64,000 nt of DNA from Alphaproteobacteria bacterium UBA830 (GTDB taxonomy: Bacteria; Pseudomonadota; Alphaproteobacteria; MPNO01; UBA830). Under the pieces are notes generated by a model. It saw nothing but the letters and a program-made list of their open reading frames with translations. It was not told where the DNA came from and ran no database searches. Position 1 is the stretch's first letter, and the number at the start of each line of letters is the position of its first letter. This document shows positions 20,897-30,496 of this stretch, piece by piece. The translations under genes were made by a program, and so were the position numbers. Where the stretch lies: contig DBHK01000017.1 of the NCBI GenBank assembly GCA_002295635.1, positions 25,396-89,395 on the forward strand, read 5' to 3'.

Positions 20897-23335
20897 ATGT
20901 CTAAGCGCATGCTTGTCGATGGTGCGCACCCTGAAGAGATTCGGGTTGTGGTTACAACAGGCAAACGTCTCGACGAATATGACATCGAGACCAGTTTCAA
21001 GAAACAGGTCAAAGGTAATATCTACCTCGCGAAGGTGACTCGGGTAGAACCGTCTTTGCAAGCTGCATTCGTTGATTTCGGCGGTAACCGTCATGGATTC
21101 CTCGCCTTCAGCGAGATTCATCCTGACTACTACCAAATTCCCATGGAGGATAGGCAAGCCCTCATTGAGGAGCAGGAGGAACTCGAACGTGAAGCCCGTG
21201 CCGCCCGAGAACATCTGGAAGACATTGACGGCGACGTCGGAGAGGACGCCGATGACGTTGATGTGGACGAAGCAGGTGATTCTTCAGAAATAGAAATTGA
21301 CGGCGAAGAACCGAAATATGACGGCAATTTAGAGGTTGAGTCCTACCCAGAGGAGATTAAAGAGTCCGATGGCACATCCCATGATGAAACTCTCGCAGAA
21401 AATACCGAAGTAGACCCTTCAGAAGCCACGAGGTCTCGCGACTCGGGAGGTGAAAGCTCCGACGCCGACAATGTCTCAGAGGCCTCGATACGCCGGAACA
21501 CCCGAGGCGTACGACGCTATAAAATCCAAGAAGTAATTAAACGCCGGCAGATCCTTCTGGTTCAGGTGGTAAAGGAGGAGCGAGGCAACAAAGGGGCAGC
21601 GCTGACCACATACATCTCCCTCGCCGGTCGCTATTGCGTTCTAATGCCGAACTCCTCGCGCGGGGGAGGAATATCACGAAAGATCACCGGGCCTAAGGAA
21701 CGCCGTAAGCTCCGCGACACACTCAACTCACTCGATATGCCAGACGGGATGGGCGTTATTATCCGGACAGCTGGTCTCGAACGCAGCAAAATGGAGATCA
21801 AACGCGATTTCGAATACCTTATCCGCGCATGGGACCAAGTCAGGGAGACAACGTTAGAGTCTACCGCACCTAATATGGTTTACGAGGAAGGAGACATCAT
21901 TAAGCGCGCGATACGCGACGTTTACAGTAAAGATATCGAAGAAATACAGGTTGAGGGCACGGAGACATACCAGACCGCTAAGCGATTTATGCGATTAATG
22001 ATGCCGAGTCATGCCAAACGGGTGCAACAGTACCGCGACGGCACAATTCCGTTGTTCCAGAGATACCAGATTGAGCAGCAGTTAGATGCAATGCACAACC
22101 CGGAAGTTCAATTGAAATCGGGTGGTTACATTGTGATTAACCCCACAGAGGCCCTTGTTGCTATTGATGTGAACTCCGGAAAATCCACCCGAGAACGCAA
22201 CATTGAAGAAACAGCGGTTAAGACAAATATCGAAGCGGCAGAGGAAGTTGCACGCCAACTACGCCTCCGTGATTTAGCTGGCCTCATTGTCATAGACTTC
22301 ATCGATATGGAAGACGGCCGAAATGTCCGTAAGGTTGAAAGGCGTCTTAAAGATGCAATGAAAACAGATCGGGCCCGATTGCAGATAGGGCGTATCAGTA
22401 ATTTTGGTTTATTAGAACTATCACGCCAGCGTCTTCGCCCAAGCCTGCTAGAAACAAGTACTCAGATTTGCCCAAATTGTCGGGGTACGGGATATGTTCT
22501 GTCGACGGAATCAATGGCAATGCGCGTCCTGCGCACAATAGAGGAAGAAGGCATTCGGATGCGGACGAGCGAGATCACCGTCCGTATCCCGACAGAAGTG
22601 GCGTTGTACATCCTAAATCAGAAGCGTTCTACGTTGGTGAATATGGAAGAAAGGTACGGCTTTCAGGTAATCCTAGAAGGTGACGATACGATCGTACCGC
22701 CTGATATTGATATCGAACGTATAAAAGGACGGCCGGAACCGGTAGCCAGAGGCAAGGATACCGCGCAACATATTACGGGTACCGATACCAAAGAACCTGA
22801 GAACTCGGTTGACAATGCTTCTATAGAAAATGCGGGAAAAGAAGAGAAATCTGATAGACCTAAACGCAGTCGCCGGCGCCGAAGTCGCCGACGCCCCGAT
22901 AATGGCGATGCCCCCACCGAAGCAGAATCTAAGAAAAATGGAGCAGATGAAAGTCCGGACGCACTTAAAGCTGACCAAGAAGACAACGCAGATGAAAAAT
23001 CAGGATCTCAGCGTCGCCGTCGAGGCCGCCGAGGAGGAAGACGTCGGAATCGTAATGCCAATTCCGAAACCCAAGATAGCATAATAACAGGAAAGCAAAA
23101 TGCACGAACCGGAAACGATCAAGCGTTGGACGAAGAGACGCCATCTTCCGGAACCGTTTCAGTCGGGACACAAAAACAAGTCAACCTCTCCAAAAACCAA
23201 TCGGGAGAGATCGCAGAATCTACTTTAATTGATACCTTCGACAGTGGAAAAGAGCTCTCAGATAATAACGAAACTACGGCAACAGGCGATGACAAACCCA
23301 GACGCCGGGGCTGGTGGCAGAAAATAATTGACTAG
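20897..23335 (+). CDS. rne: ribonuclease E
   Basis: Start at MSKRMLVD with GGAGAA RBS; S1 domain, DNase I-like and Zn-link (CPNCRGTG) regions; Arg-rich, acidic low-complexity C-terminal half. Confidence 0.9.
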   Translation: MSKRMLVDGAHPEEIRVVVTTGKRLDEYDIETSFKKQVKGNIYLAKVTRVEPSLQAAFVDFGGNRHGFLAFSEIHPDYYQIPMEDRQALIEEQEELEREARAAREHLEDIDGDVGEDADDVDVDEAGDSSEIEIDGEEPKYDGNLEVESYPEEIKESDGTSHDETLAENTEVDPSEATRSRDSGGESSDADNVSEASIRRNTRGVRRYKIQEVIKRRQILLVQVVKEERGNKGAALTTYISLAGRYCVLMPNSSRGGGISRKITGPKERRKLRDTLNSLDMPDGMGVIIRTAGLERSKMEIKRDFEYLIRAWDQVRETTLESTAPNMVYEEGDIIKRAIRDVYSKDIEEIQVEGTETYQTAKRFMRLMMPSHAKRVQQYRDGTIPLFQRYQIEQQLDAMHNPEVQLKSGGYIVINPTEALVAIDVNSGKSTRERNIEETAVKTNIEAAEEVARQLRLRDLAGLIVIDFIDMEDGRNVRKVERRLKDAMKTDRARLQIGRISNFGLLELSRQRLRPSLLETSTQICPNCRGTGYVLSTESMAMRVLRTIEEEGIRMRTSEITVRIPTEVALYILNQKRSTLVNMEERYGFQVILEGDDTIVPPDIDIERIKGRPEPVARGKDTAQHITGTDTKEPENSVDNASIENAGKEEKSDRPKRSRRRRSRRRPDNGDAPTEAESKKNGADESPDALKADQEDNADEKSGSQRRRRGRRGGRRRNRNANSETQDSIITGKQNARTGNDQALDEETPSSGTVSVGTQKQVNLSKNQSGEIAESTLIDTFDSGKELSDNNETTATGDDKPRRRGWWQKIID

Positions 23336-23368
23336 AACTAATATAAGATCGGAACCAAGCATAACCCA

Positions 23369-24520
23369 TCACCTGTCGATCCATCTGTTCAATCGCTGTG
23401 CCGCCTCGTCTATTGTGGGAGTATCTCCAGCAAATGAAATCCGGATTGTAGAACCTCCGCGATAGCGGTCAAAGTCAGTGCCGGGAGCTACTGCGATGCC
23501 GGATTCATTTAGCATACGGCGGCAAAATTCTTCGCTATTATTGGTAAGATGCGAAATATCAGCATAGATGTAAAATGCACCGTCGGCCGGCGCCAGTTTA
23601 GTTAGGCCTAATTTGGGCAACTCGCCTAATAACAGTTCCCGGTTCGCAGCATAACGCGCAACGTTTTGATCCAGCTCCTCTTTGCAGTCAAAGGCCACAC
23701 TTGCCGCGTGCTGGGATAAAGCAGGTACGGAAATAAAAATATTCTGAGCCAAACACTCAATTGATCGGTCAAGCTGTTCCGGAATAACCATCCAGCCCAC
23801 ACGCCATCCAGTCATAGAGTAGAACTTGGAAAAACTGTTAATCACAACGGCGTTCTGGGTATAGGCCAATGCTGTGACGCCGGGCATTTCGTATGTAATA
23901 CCATGATAGATCTCATCGGAGATGAGCCGGATACCTCGATCATCGCAATACATTGTGAGCGCGGCCATCTCGTTCGCAGAGATCATAGTACCAGTCGGAT
24001 TAGCCGGGCTAGCCACAACGAGACCATCAATATCACCGTCGATCCCATCCAGCAGTTCGGGAGTGATCTGATAACGATATTCTGCGGTTACAGGAATTCC
24101 GACCGATTCTATTCCGAGTGCCGCCAGAATATTACGGTAAGCGGGATAGCCTGGATCCGCGAGTATTACTCGGTCACCGGAATCGAATGCCGCCAAAAAC
24201 GCCAGCATAAAACCACCAGACGACCCGGTAGTAACTACGACACGTTCTTTGGCAAGGTCGATATCATAGGTCTCACGATAATGTTGCGTGATCCTTTTAC
24301 GAAGTTTATCAATTCCAAGTGCTTCGGTGTATCCGAGTTTGTCAGTAGCCAGTGCACGCTGTGCAGCTGCGATCACGCCAGAGGGCGCTCCGGTCGAGGG
24401 TTGTCCTACTTCCAGATGAAGGATATTGCGGCCGATACTTTCAAGGCGGTTAGCCTCACGCATAACGTCCATGACAATGAAGGGTGCTACTTGACCCCGC
24501 GAGGATTTCTTAAGAGCCAT
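23369..24520 (-). CDS. pyridoxal phosphate-dependent aminotransferase (class I/II)
   Basis: 383 aa; aspartate/aromatic aminotransferase-like fold with SFSKFYSMTGWRVG lysine region. Confidence 0.7.
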   Translation of the reverse strand: MALKKSSRGQVAPFIVMDVMREANRLESIGRNILHLEVGQPSTGAPSGVIAAAQRALATDKLGYTEALGIDKLRKRITQHYRETYDIDLAKERVVVTTGSSGGFMLAFLAAFDSGDRVILADPGYPAYRNILAALGIESVGIPVTAEYRYQITPELLDGIDGDIDGLVVASPANPTGTMISANEMAALTMYCDDRGIRLISDEIYHGITYEMPGVTALAYTQNAVVINSFSKFYSMTGWRVGWMVIPEQLDRSIECLAQNIFISVPALSQHAASVAFDCKEELDQNVARYAANRELLLGELPKLGLTKLAPADGAFYIYADISHLTNNSEEFCRRMLNESGIAVAPGTDFDRYRGGSTIRISFAGDTPTIDEAAQRLNRWIDR

Positions 24521-24523
24521 AAT

Positions 24524-25807
24524 CTAGAGCGTTGCGCTTACAGCCAAGCCGTGACCTGCAGGATCTGCGCTGAATATGCAGGAATCGGTGTTCTCACGAG
24601 CGCCCTCTGGGCAATAAATTACATTAGCCCGACCATTAGTGTCTTTAATCGGGCCGAAAAGCGTCTTGGGAAGAACCCTGGCGTCAAAAATCCGTCGCGC
24701 GGTACTCATTGCTCTTTCCGCACCGTCTCGGCCACCCGAACCACTGATAGCCCCCCGGGTATCCTTGAGTGCCCTGTTTAGAAAAAGCATCGGCACTCCA
24801 GAGAAAGAGCCGCTCGCCAGAGGTGCTGCCATTAGTATTCCGCTTGGCCCGATCATGCTCCCTGCACCAAATATTCCGTTGGTTGAAACGACGCAAGCTG
24901 TTCCGCCGCCCTCGCGATCGACAGTTATAAATCCGGCACTCTCCTGGTCAGCTTGATAATCGCGGTCTATCATAGATCCGGATCCGCGCCAGATCGCGGC
25001 CGCCAGATCACCCCACCTGTTCGCCGGTAGGTGTAGTTCATCTCTACCCAAATTAAATTTTTGCGTTTTGAGCCATCTGGGACGATATTCGCGTAGCACC
25101 GACAATGGTATGTCCGTCCCCGCAGCGGCTCCGAGGCCTTGGGCCAGCTGTTTTGCAAATTCTCCACTGTAAAAATCACCTGGACCCCTTAAACGTATGC
25201 GGGAGAGGGATGAGGACAGTTCGAACTGTTTGAGGTTGTAGCCCTCCCCAACTATCTTGCCGGATGAAACAAACAAACGTCGAATAGCGGGGTCCGTCAA
25301 TAACCTGAGTGGTACGGCAACTAATCGGCGTGCAAATGCCCGCGAGATCGGATTTCCAAATCGGGCTAACTGTTCCGCCGGCAATATAAGCGATTCCCAT
25401 TTTAACTTTCCGTAACGGGCGTGTAGCGCAAACATACCTCTTACAGCGCCGGGTACCATGATGGTTTTACCATCCTTTTCGAATAGCTGCGCTCTGAAAT
25501 CGATCGCCTCAACAACATCTTGGCGCCCGCCGAAAATCATACACATGCCACCCCCGCCAAGGCTCGCAGCCCCCGGATAGGTTACCGATAAGGCGAAGTA
25601 GGTAGCAACTGCGGCATCAACTGCGTTCCCTCCCGAAGAGAGAATATCTCGTCCGATCAACGCCGACTTCGGCTCATCAGATACAACACCTCCGAAACCC
25701 GAGGTCACGAACCCGACCTGTCCTGCAGGCGGCCCGCCGCCGCCGCAAGCTCCGGATATCAGAGAGACTGCTAATACTACGATTGATTGACGGACCCGGG
25801 AGCAAAC
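24524..25807 (-). CDS. gamma-glutamyltransferase family protein
   Basis: GGT-family motifs (GGNAVDAAVA); the ORF-track start at 25969 overlaps the divergent M48 gene by 128 nt, so a GTG start near 25807/25795 just before the signal-peptide-like stretch is more plausible. Confidence 0.55.
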   Translation of the reverse strand, partial: VCSRVRQSIVVLAVSLISGACGGGGPPAGQVGFVTSGFGGVVSDEPKSALIGRDILSSGGNAVDAAVATYFALSVTYPGAASLGGGGMCMIFGGRQDVVEAIDFRAQLFEKDGKTIMVPGAVRGMFALHARYGKLKWESLILPAEQLARFGNPISRAFARRLVAVPLRLLTDPAIRRLFVSSGKIVGEGYNLKQFELSSSLSRIRLRGPGDFYSGEFAKQLAQGLGAAAGTDIPLSVLREYRPRWLKTQKFNLGRDELHLPANRWGDLAAAIWRGSGSMIDRDYQADQESAGFITVDREGGGTACVVSTNGIFGAGSMIGPSGILMAAPLASGSFSGVPMLFLNRALKDTRGAISGSGGRDGAERAMSTARRIFDARVLPKTLFGPIKDTNGRANVIYCPEGARENTDSCIFSADPAGHGLAVSATL

Positions 25808-25841
25808 CTTACTTATAAGGTTACGATAGAAAGTTCCGCCC

Positions 25842-27209
25842 GTGCGCAATGCAAAGTCCTCCTTGCTAGTTATCTCTGCTTTTGTCGCGTTTCTATCTCT
25901 AAAATGGGCCCTGGCACCCACTCCGGCTGAGGCCTCCAGCATCCGCGACGCAGAGATAGAACATACCATTCGCGTTTATGCTTCGCCACTTCTGAAATCT
26001 GCTGGTTTAGAGCCATCGGACGTCAGTCTACATATATTAAACGATAAGGCCGTTAATGCGTTCGTCGCTGGCGGTCAGCGCATATTCTTAACTAGCGGGC
26101 TGCTAATGTCAGCTGACCGGCCAGAGCAGGTAGTCGGCGTGCTCGCGCATGAAATTGGCCACATAATCGGCGGACACCTTGCGCGAATGAACGGCGCAGT
26201 AGCTGATGCACGGAATAAGGCACTCATCGGACAACTTGTGGGTTTTGCGCTGGGGGTCCTCTCAAAGGATAGTAGTGTGCTGGCTGCAACAAGTTTAAAA
26301 GGTTCAGATATTGCCCTACAGGGTTTGCTCAAATTTTCTCGAACACAGGAGAGGTCTGCCGACCAAGTTGCAGCCGATCTCCTTGAAAATACAGGCACCT
26401 CCGCTTCGGGCCTCCTAGAATTTTTTGAGATTCTAAAGGACCAAGAATTACTAGTACGGGCGCGGCAGGATAATTATGCTGTAACTCATCCTCTAACTCA
26501 GGATAGGATCGCATTCATACGGGAACACATAGATAACTCACGTTTTTCTGCTAATCGTCTTCCGGATCGAATTCAGGTCATGCATGACCGGATGGTTGCA
26601 AAGCTAAGAGCTTTCATAAATCCGCCACGCCAAACGTTATTAGAGTATTCTGAGGATGACCCGGCTATCAGTTCTCGCTACGCACGTGCAATAGCACTCT
26701 ATCGAGACGCCCGAGTAGACAAAGCGCTGGAGCTGGTAGACGAATTAATAGAAATAGCGCCAGATGATCCCTATTTTCACGAGTTGTTAGGGCAGATATT
26801 GTTCGAAAATGCTCGACTGAAGGGGGCATTGCCTGCCTACGAGCGGGCAGTCGAATTTCGACCGCGAGAACCATTGCTGCGTGTTGGTCTCGCGCATGTA
26901 CAGATTGAGCTAAACAGTCCTGACTTGATTAAGTCGGCTATCAACAACTTAGAACAGGCGCAGCGTTATGACAGACTGATGCCCTTTTCATGGCAGTTAG
27001 CCGCAACTGCGTATGGTAGGAACGGTCAACTCGGAGTATCATCCTTGGCATTAGCCGAATACAACTTGCTTTTAGGTAAGTTTTTGGATGCCCAAGGACA
27101 AGCGCGCAAGGCTGCCCGTTTGCTCCCAACGAATTCACCCGGATGGCTGCGCGCACAGGACATCAAAGCTACCGCAAGGCGTGCCCGCGAGCGCCAAAGT
27201 ACCAGATAA
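25842..27209 (+). CDS. M48 family metalloprotease with C-terminal TPR repeats (BepA-like)
   Basis: Signal peptide; HEIGH zinc-binding motif; TPR-like C-terminal half. Confidence 0.7.
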   Translation: MRNAKSSLLVISAFVAFLSLKWALAPTPAEASSIRDAEIEHTIRVYASPLLKSAGLEPSDVSLHILNDKAVNAFVAGGQRIFLTSGLLMSADRPEQVVGVLAHEIGHIIGGHLARMNGAVADARNKALIGQLVGFALGVLSKDSSVLAATSLKGSDIALQGLLKFSRTQERSADQVAADLLENTGTSASGLLEFFEILKDQELLVRARQDNYAVTHPLTQDRIAFIREHIDNSRFSANRLPDRIQVMHDRMVAKLRAFINPPRQTLLEYSEDDPAISSRYARAIALYRDARVDKALELVDELIEIAPDDPYFHELLGQILFENARLKGALPAYERAVEFRPREPLLRVGLAHVQIELNSPDLIKSAINNLEQAQRYDRLMPFSWQLAATAYGRNGQLGVSSLALAEYNLLLGKFLDAQGQARKAARLLPTNSPGWLRAQDIKATARRARERQSTR

Positions 27210-27334
27210 TAAACAAATTCTAACGCCGAAATTCGAAAGATCGTGGCCACGCTACTAGGCAGTAGCCAAAAACCGTAAAAAAATAGAGTAAAATTGTCAC
27301 GAAGGTACTTAATTCCAAGAATTAACATTGACTC

Positions 27335-27970
27335 TTAATATGGCTCTTTGGACGGTTGAGCACTATCAAAAGCGGTAAGCTTCATACACTCCGCAAAAAT
27401 TCCCATTAGCCTCGGATAGGAAGATAGCTCGCATTCGTAGCGCTGAGCGTTAAATACTTGGGGTACAATGCAAATATCGACGAGCCCAGGCGTATCGCCG
27501 TGAGCAAAAACACCCATGCCCCCGTCTGTTGCTAGGTGCGACTCCAGCGCGTTGAACCCTTCATAAATCCAATGCCGGTACCAGGTGACCTCTACGGCAT
27601 CTCGTGCGGCTCCCATTTGGCTGCCAAGAAACTTCAAAATCGCCAGATTGTTCAACGGATGTATATCGCAGGCGATGATATCGGCTAGACCTCGGACACG
27701 AGCGCGTCCTAGTGGATCATCGGGCAGAAATGCAGGATCTGGATTTGTCTCATCCAGATACTCAATTATGGCCATTGACTGATAAAGAATTTTATCTCCA
27801 TCAACCAACGTTGGTACGCGCCCCTGCGGGTTGATCTCTTTATAACTCTCATCGAACTGGTCGCCGTTTGGCAAACTAATATTGAAATGTTGCCACGCAA
27901 TTTTTTTAAGGTTAAGCGCGATGCGCACCCGAAAGGCAGCAGACGAGCGGGAAAAGCCATAAAGTTTCAT
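27335..27970 (-). CDS. glutathione S-transferase zeta / maleylacetoacetate isomerase-like
   Basis: Start at MKLYGF; LYGFSRSSAAFRVRIAL resembles the SSCSWRVRIAL motif of zeta-class GST. Confidence 0.6.
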   Translation of the reverse strand: MKLYGFSRSSAAFRVRIALNLKKIAWQHFNISLPNGDQFDESYKEINPQGRVPTLVDGDKILYQSMAIIEYLDETNPDPAFLPDDPLGRARVRGLADIIACDIHPLNNLAILKFLGSQMGAARDAVEVTWYRHWIYEGFNALESHLATDGGMGVFAHGDTPGLVDICIVPQVFNAQRYECELSSYPRLMGIFAECMKLTAFDSAQPSKEPY

Positions 27971-28054
27971 GGGTCTCTCCAAATGATTGTTGTTAGAGTT
28001 TACGGGTGACGCCGTTTGCAATCCATACACCGCGACCAATAATTTGCCACGACG

Positions 28055-29185
28055 TTAGATATAATATTCAGTAAGCGGTGGGAAGCCGTTGAAACCAATA
28101 GAGGAATATGTTGCGGTATAAGCACCGGTACTAAGGATCTCGATCCGATCGCCAGCCGAAAGATCAAGCGGAAGCGAGTACCCAGCAGCATCATATAGGA
28201 CATCCACCTCATCGCAGGTGGGGCCAGCGAGAACTACGGGGCCCGTCGGGCCGCCGTCATACAGCGTAGTTATACGATACTGGATCGCCTCTTCAAAGGT
28301 CTCTGGAAGACCCCCGAATTTCCCAATATCGAGAAAAATCCACCGACGATCGGGTTCCCGCGACTTTTCTGCGATGAGAATGATCTCTGTCTGAATGATT
28401 CCCGCGTCCCCAACGATATAACGTCCTGGCTCCGCGATCACGCGTGGCGGCTTATCCCCGAAACAACGCTCCAGTGCATCCTTTATTTGGTTGGCATAGA
28501 CATTCAAAGGTTCTACGGACTGACTGTAATTAGCGGGGAAGCCACCTCCAATATTCAGCATTGTCAAGTGAATGCCAAGCCGCGAAAGTTCTTCGAAGAT
28601 CATTGCGCATCGTTTAATTGCCCGATGCCACTGCAGAGGATCTCGCTGTTGGGACCCGACGTGAAATGAAAGGCCTGCTGGCACCATTCCTCTCTCGCCA
28701 GCTTCTCTCAGCATCCATACTGCCTGATCGGCTTCGCATCCAAACTTGCGGGAGAGGGGCCAGTCTGATCCCGTACCATCCACATAAACCCTGCAATAGA
28801 CCCGAGCGCCCGGCGCCACCTCCGAAAGTTTCACTAATTCGGCAAGGCTGTCGAAGGCAAAAAGTCTAACTCCATAATCATAAGCTTGCGCAATATCTCG
28901 CTTTTTTTTTATCGTATTACCGTATCCAATCCGATCAACTCCAATACTCCGATCAAGACAGGATTCGATCTCATAGATGCTTGCCGTATCGAAGTATGAC
29001 CCAAGTGAATTTAGAAGACTAAGGACCTCACCGGCGGGATTTGCCTTCATCGCATAGTAGATATCTGACCCGGGTAACGCACGTGTCAGATCTTTATAAT
29101 TGGCCTCAACCATATCAAGGTCGACAACAAGACATGGCGTATCCGGCCTACTCTCTTTGAGAAAATTTCGAATCTTTTTCGTCAT
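28055..29185 (-). CDS. ornithine decarboxylase-type enzyme (type III PLP fold, Orn/Lys/Arg decarboxylase family)
   Basis: 376 aa; YAMKANP PLP-lysine motif; GPTCDEVD C-terminal motif (GPTCD). Confidence 0.75.
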   Translation of the reverse strand: MTKKIRNFLKESRPDTPCLVVDLDMVEANYKDLTRALPGSDIYYAMKANPAGEVLSLLNSLGSYFDTASIYEIESCLDRSIGVDRIGYGNTIKKKRDIAQAYDYGVRLFAFDSLAELVKLSEVAPGARVYCRVYVDGTGSDWPLSRKFGCEADQAVWMLREAGERGMVPAGLSFHVGSQQRDPLQWHRAIKRCAMIFEELSRLGIHLTMLNIGGGFPANYSQSVEPLNVYANQIKDALERCFGDKPPRVIAEPGRYIVGDAGIIQTEIILIAEKSREPDRRWIFLDIGKFGGLPETFEEAIQYRITTLYDGGPTGPVVLAGPTCDEVDVLYDAAGYSLPLDLSAGDRIEILSTGAYTATYSSIGFNGFPPLTEYYI

Positions 29186-29606
29186 TGCCGATGCGTTTTA
29201 GCTTGCCGCCTCAGCTGCGGAAAGAAAATTCCGCCAAGTTTTCGTCTTTTGGACGATAGAAGATAAATATCTTCACAGTATTCTGTGCCTAATTCCATTG
29301 ATTGGTATATTGTATGGATTAAGCATAATTTACTTTTCCATGATTACTACATTTAAACAATCTGAGTGGATTCATTTTAAAGTCCGAACAAATCGGTTTT
29401 ATGGTATGGAATAACAGTGCGTAGTTAAAGCGTAGGGAAACACAAATGTGCCGAATCAATTTCGGCAAACCTCGGATCTCCGAGGGATAAACGGCATTGC
29501 TCTTATGAGACATCCTGCGGTAAGGCTTGTCGTATAAATTTGGAAACTTAACTTAGGATGATTTAATATTTCTCGCTTTCTAATCATTAACGGCCCAAAC
29601 CTTAAC

Positions 29607-30017
29607 ATGTTAGGCAATCGAGAGCCGGCGATCTACGGGAATACCAGCCTCGATGAAATCCGCGCCGACTGCGAAACCCATGCTTCAGGAATAGGCGCGG
29701 CTGTCGATTTCCGACAGTCAAACAACGAGGCGGAGATGATCGATTGGATCCAAGCGGCGCCTGAAAGTGCCGACGGCATAATCATCAATCCAGCAGCTTT
29801 TACTCACACGTCTATAGCCATTCTTGATGCGCTCGTCCTGACGGAGATACCGGTCATCGAGATACATATCTCTAATATCTTTCGCCGGGAGAGCTTCCGA
29901 CAGCACTCCTATGTTTCGATGGGTGCGACAGGCATTATCTCAGGATTTGGCGCTAGTGGTTATATTATGGCCATCGATGCATTGGTAAATTTATTAGCGG
30001 CCAAAAAGGAATTCTAA
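29607..30017 (+). CDS. aroQ: 3-dehydroquinate dehydratase, type II
   Basis: NGPNLNMLGNREPAIYG region; only the part from ATG 29607 has a canonical start, and the conserved NGPNLN residues lie upstream of it in frame with no ATG/GTG/TTG (see findings). Confidence 0.8.
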   Translation: MLGNREPAIYGNTSLDEIRADCETHASGIGAAVDFRQSNNEAEMIDWIQAAPESADGIIINPAAFTHTSIAILDALVLTEIPVIEIHISNIFRRESFRQHSYVSMGATGIISGFGASGYIMAIDALVNLLAAKKEF

Positions 30018-30466
30018 TGGCGAATAAATTCGACATAGACCCTGACCTCATTAAGAAGCTTGCAGGTCTCCTTGAAGAGACCGGGTTGAGTGAAATCGAA
30101 TTCGAAAGTACGGGGAAACGTATCCGCGTCGCCCGATCCGTGATGGACACATCTCCAGCGGTAACGGTTGCCGCGTCGCCGTCCACTACCCAGACGACCG
30201 CGAGCGCCGAACTATCGATAGAACAACGCCAAGGCACATCGATCACTGCCCCAATGGTCGGAACCATATTCTTATCGCCGGAGCCAGGGGCAGAGCAGTT
30301 TATTCAAGTGGGCGATACTATTTCAGAAGGTCAGACTGTAATGCTGATAGAAGCGATGAAAACCTACAACCCCGTCCGGGCAACGAAAAGCGGTAAAGTG
30401 ACACAAATACTCGTTGCGGATTCGACACCTGTCGAATTCGGCGAGGAATTGTTGTTGATCGAGTAA
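30017..30466 (+). CDS. accB: acetyl-CoA carboxylase biotin carboxyl carrier protein
   Basis: 149 aa; EAMKTYN biotinyl-lysine motif; start overlaps aroQ stop (TAATG). Confidence 0.9.
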   Translation: MANKFDIDPDLIKKLAGLLEETGLSEIEFESTGKRIRVARSVMDTSPAVTVAASPSTTQTTASAELSIEQRQGTSITAPMVGTIFLSPEPGAEQFIQVGDTISEGQTVMLIEAMKTYNPVRATKSGKVTQILVADSTPVEFGEELLLIE

Positions 30467-30496
30467 TACTAAGCTTCAATCGGGTCTGACAAAGCG

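Noticed and set aside
22663-22986. Two overlapping antisense ORFs (107 and 101 aa) inside the 3' half of rne
   Set aside because: They arise from the repetitive Arg/Ser/Asp-rich codon runs of the RNase E scaffold region read on the opposite strand. They lie within a confidently assigned gene and have no start or RBS context.
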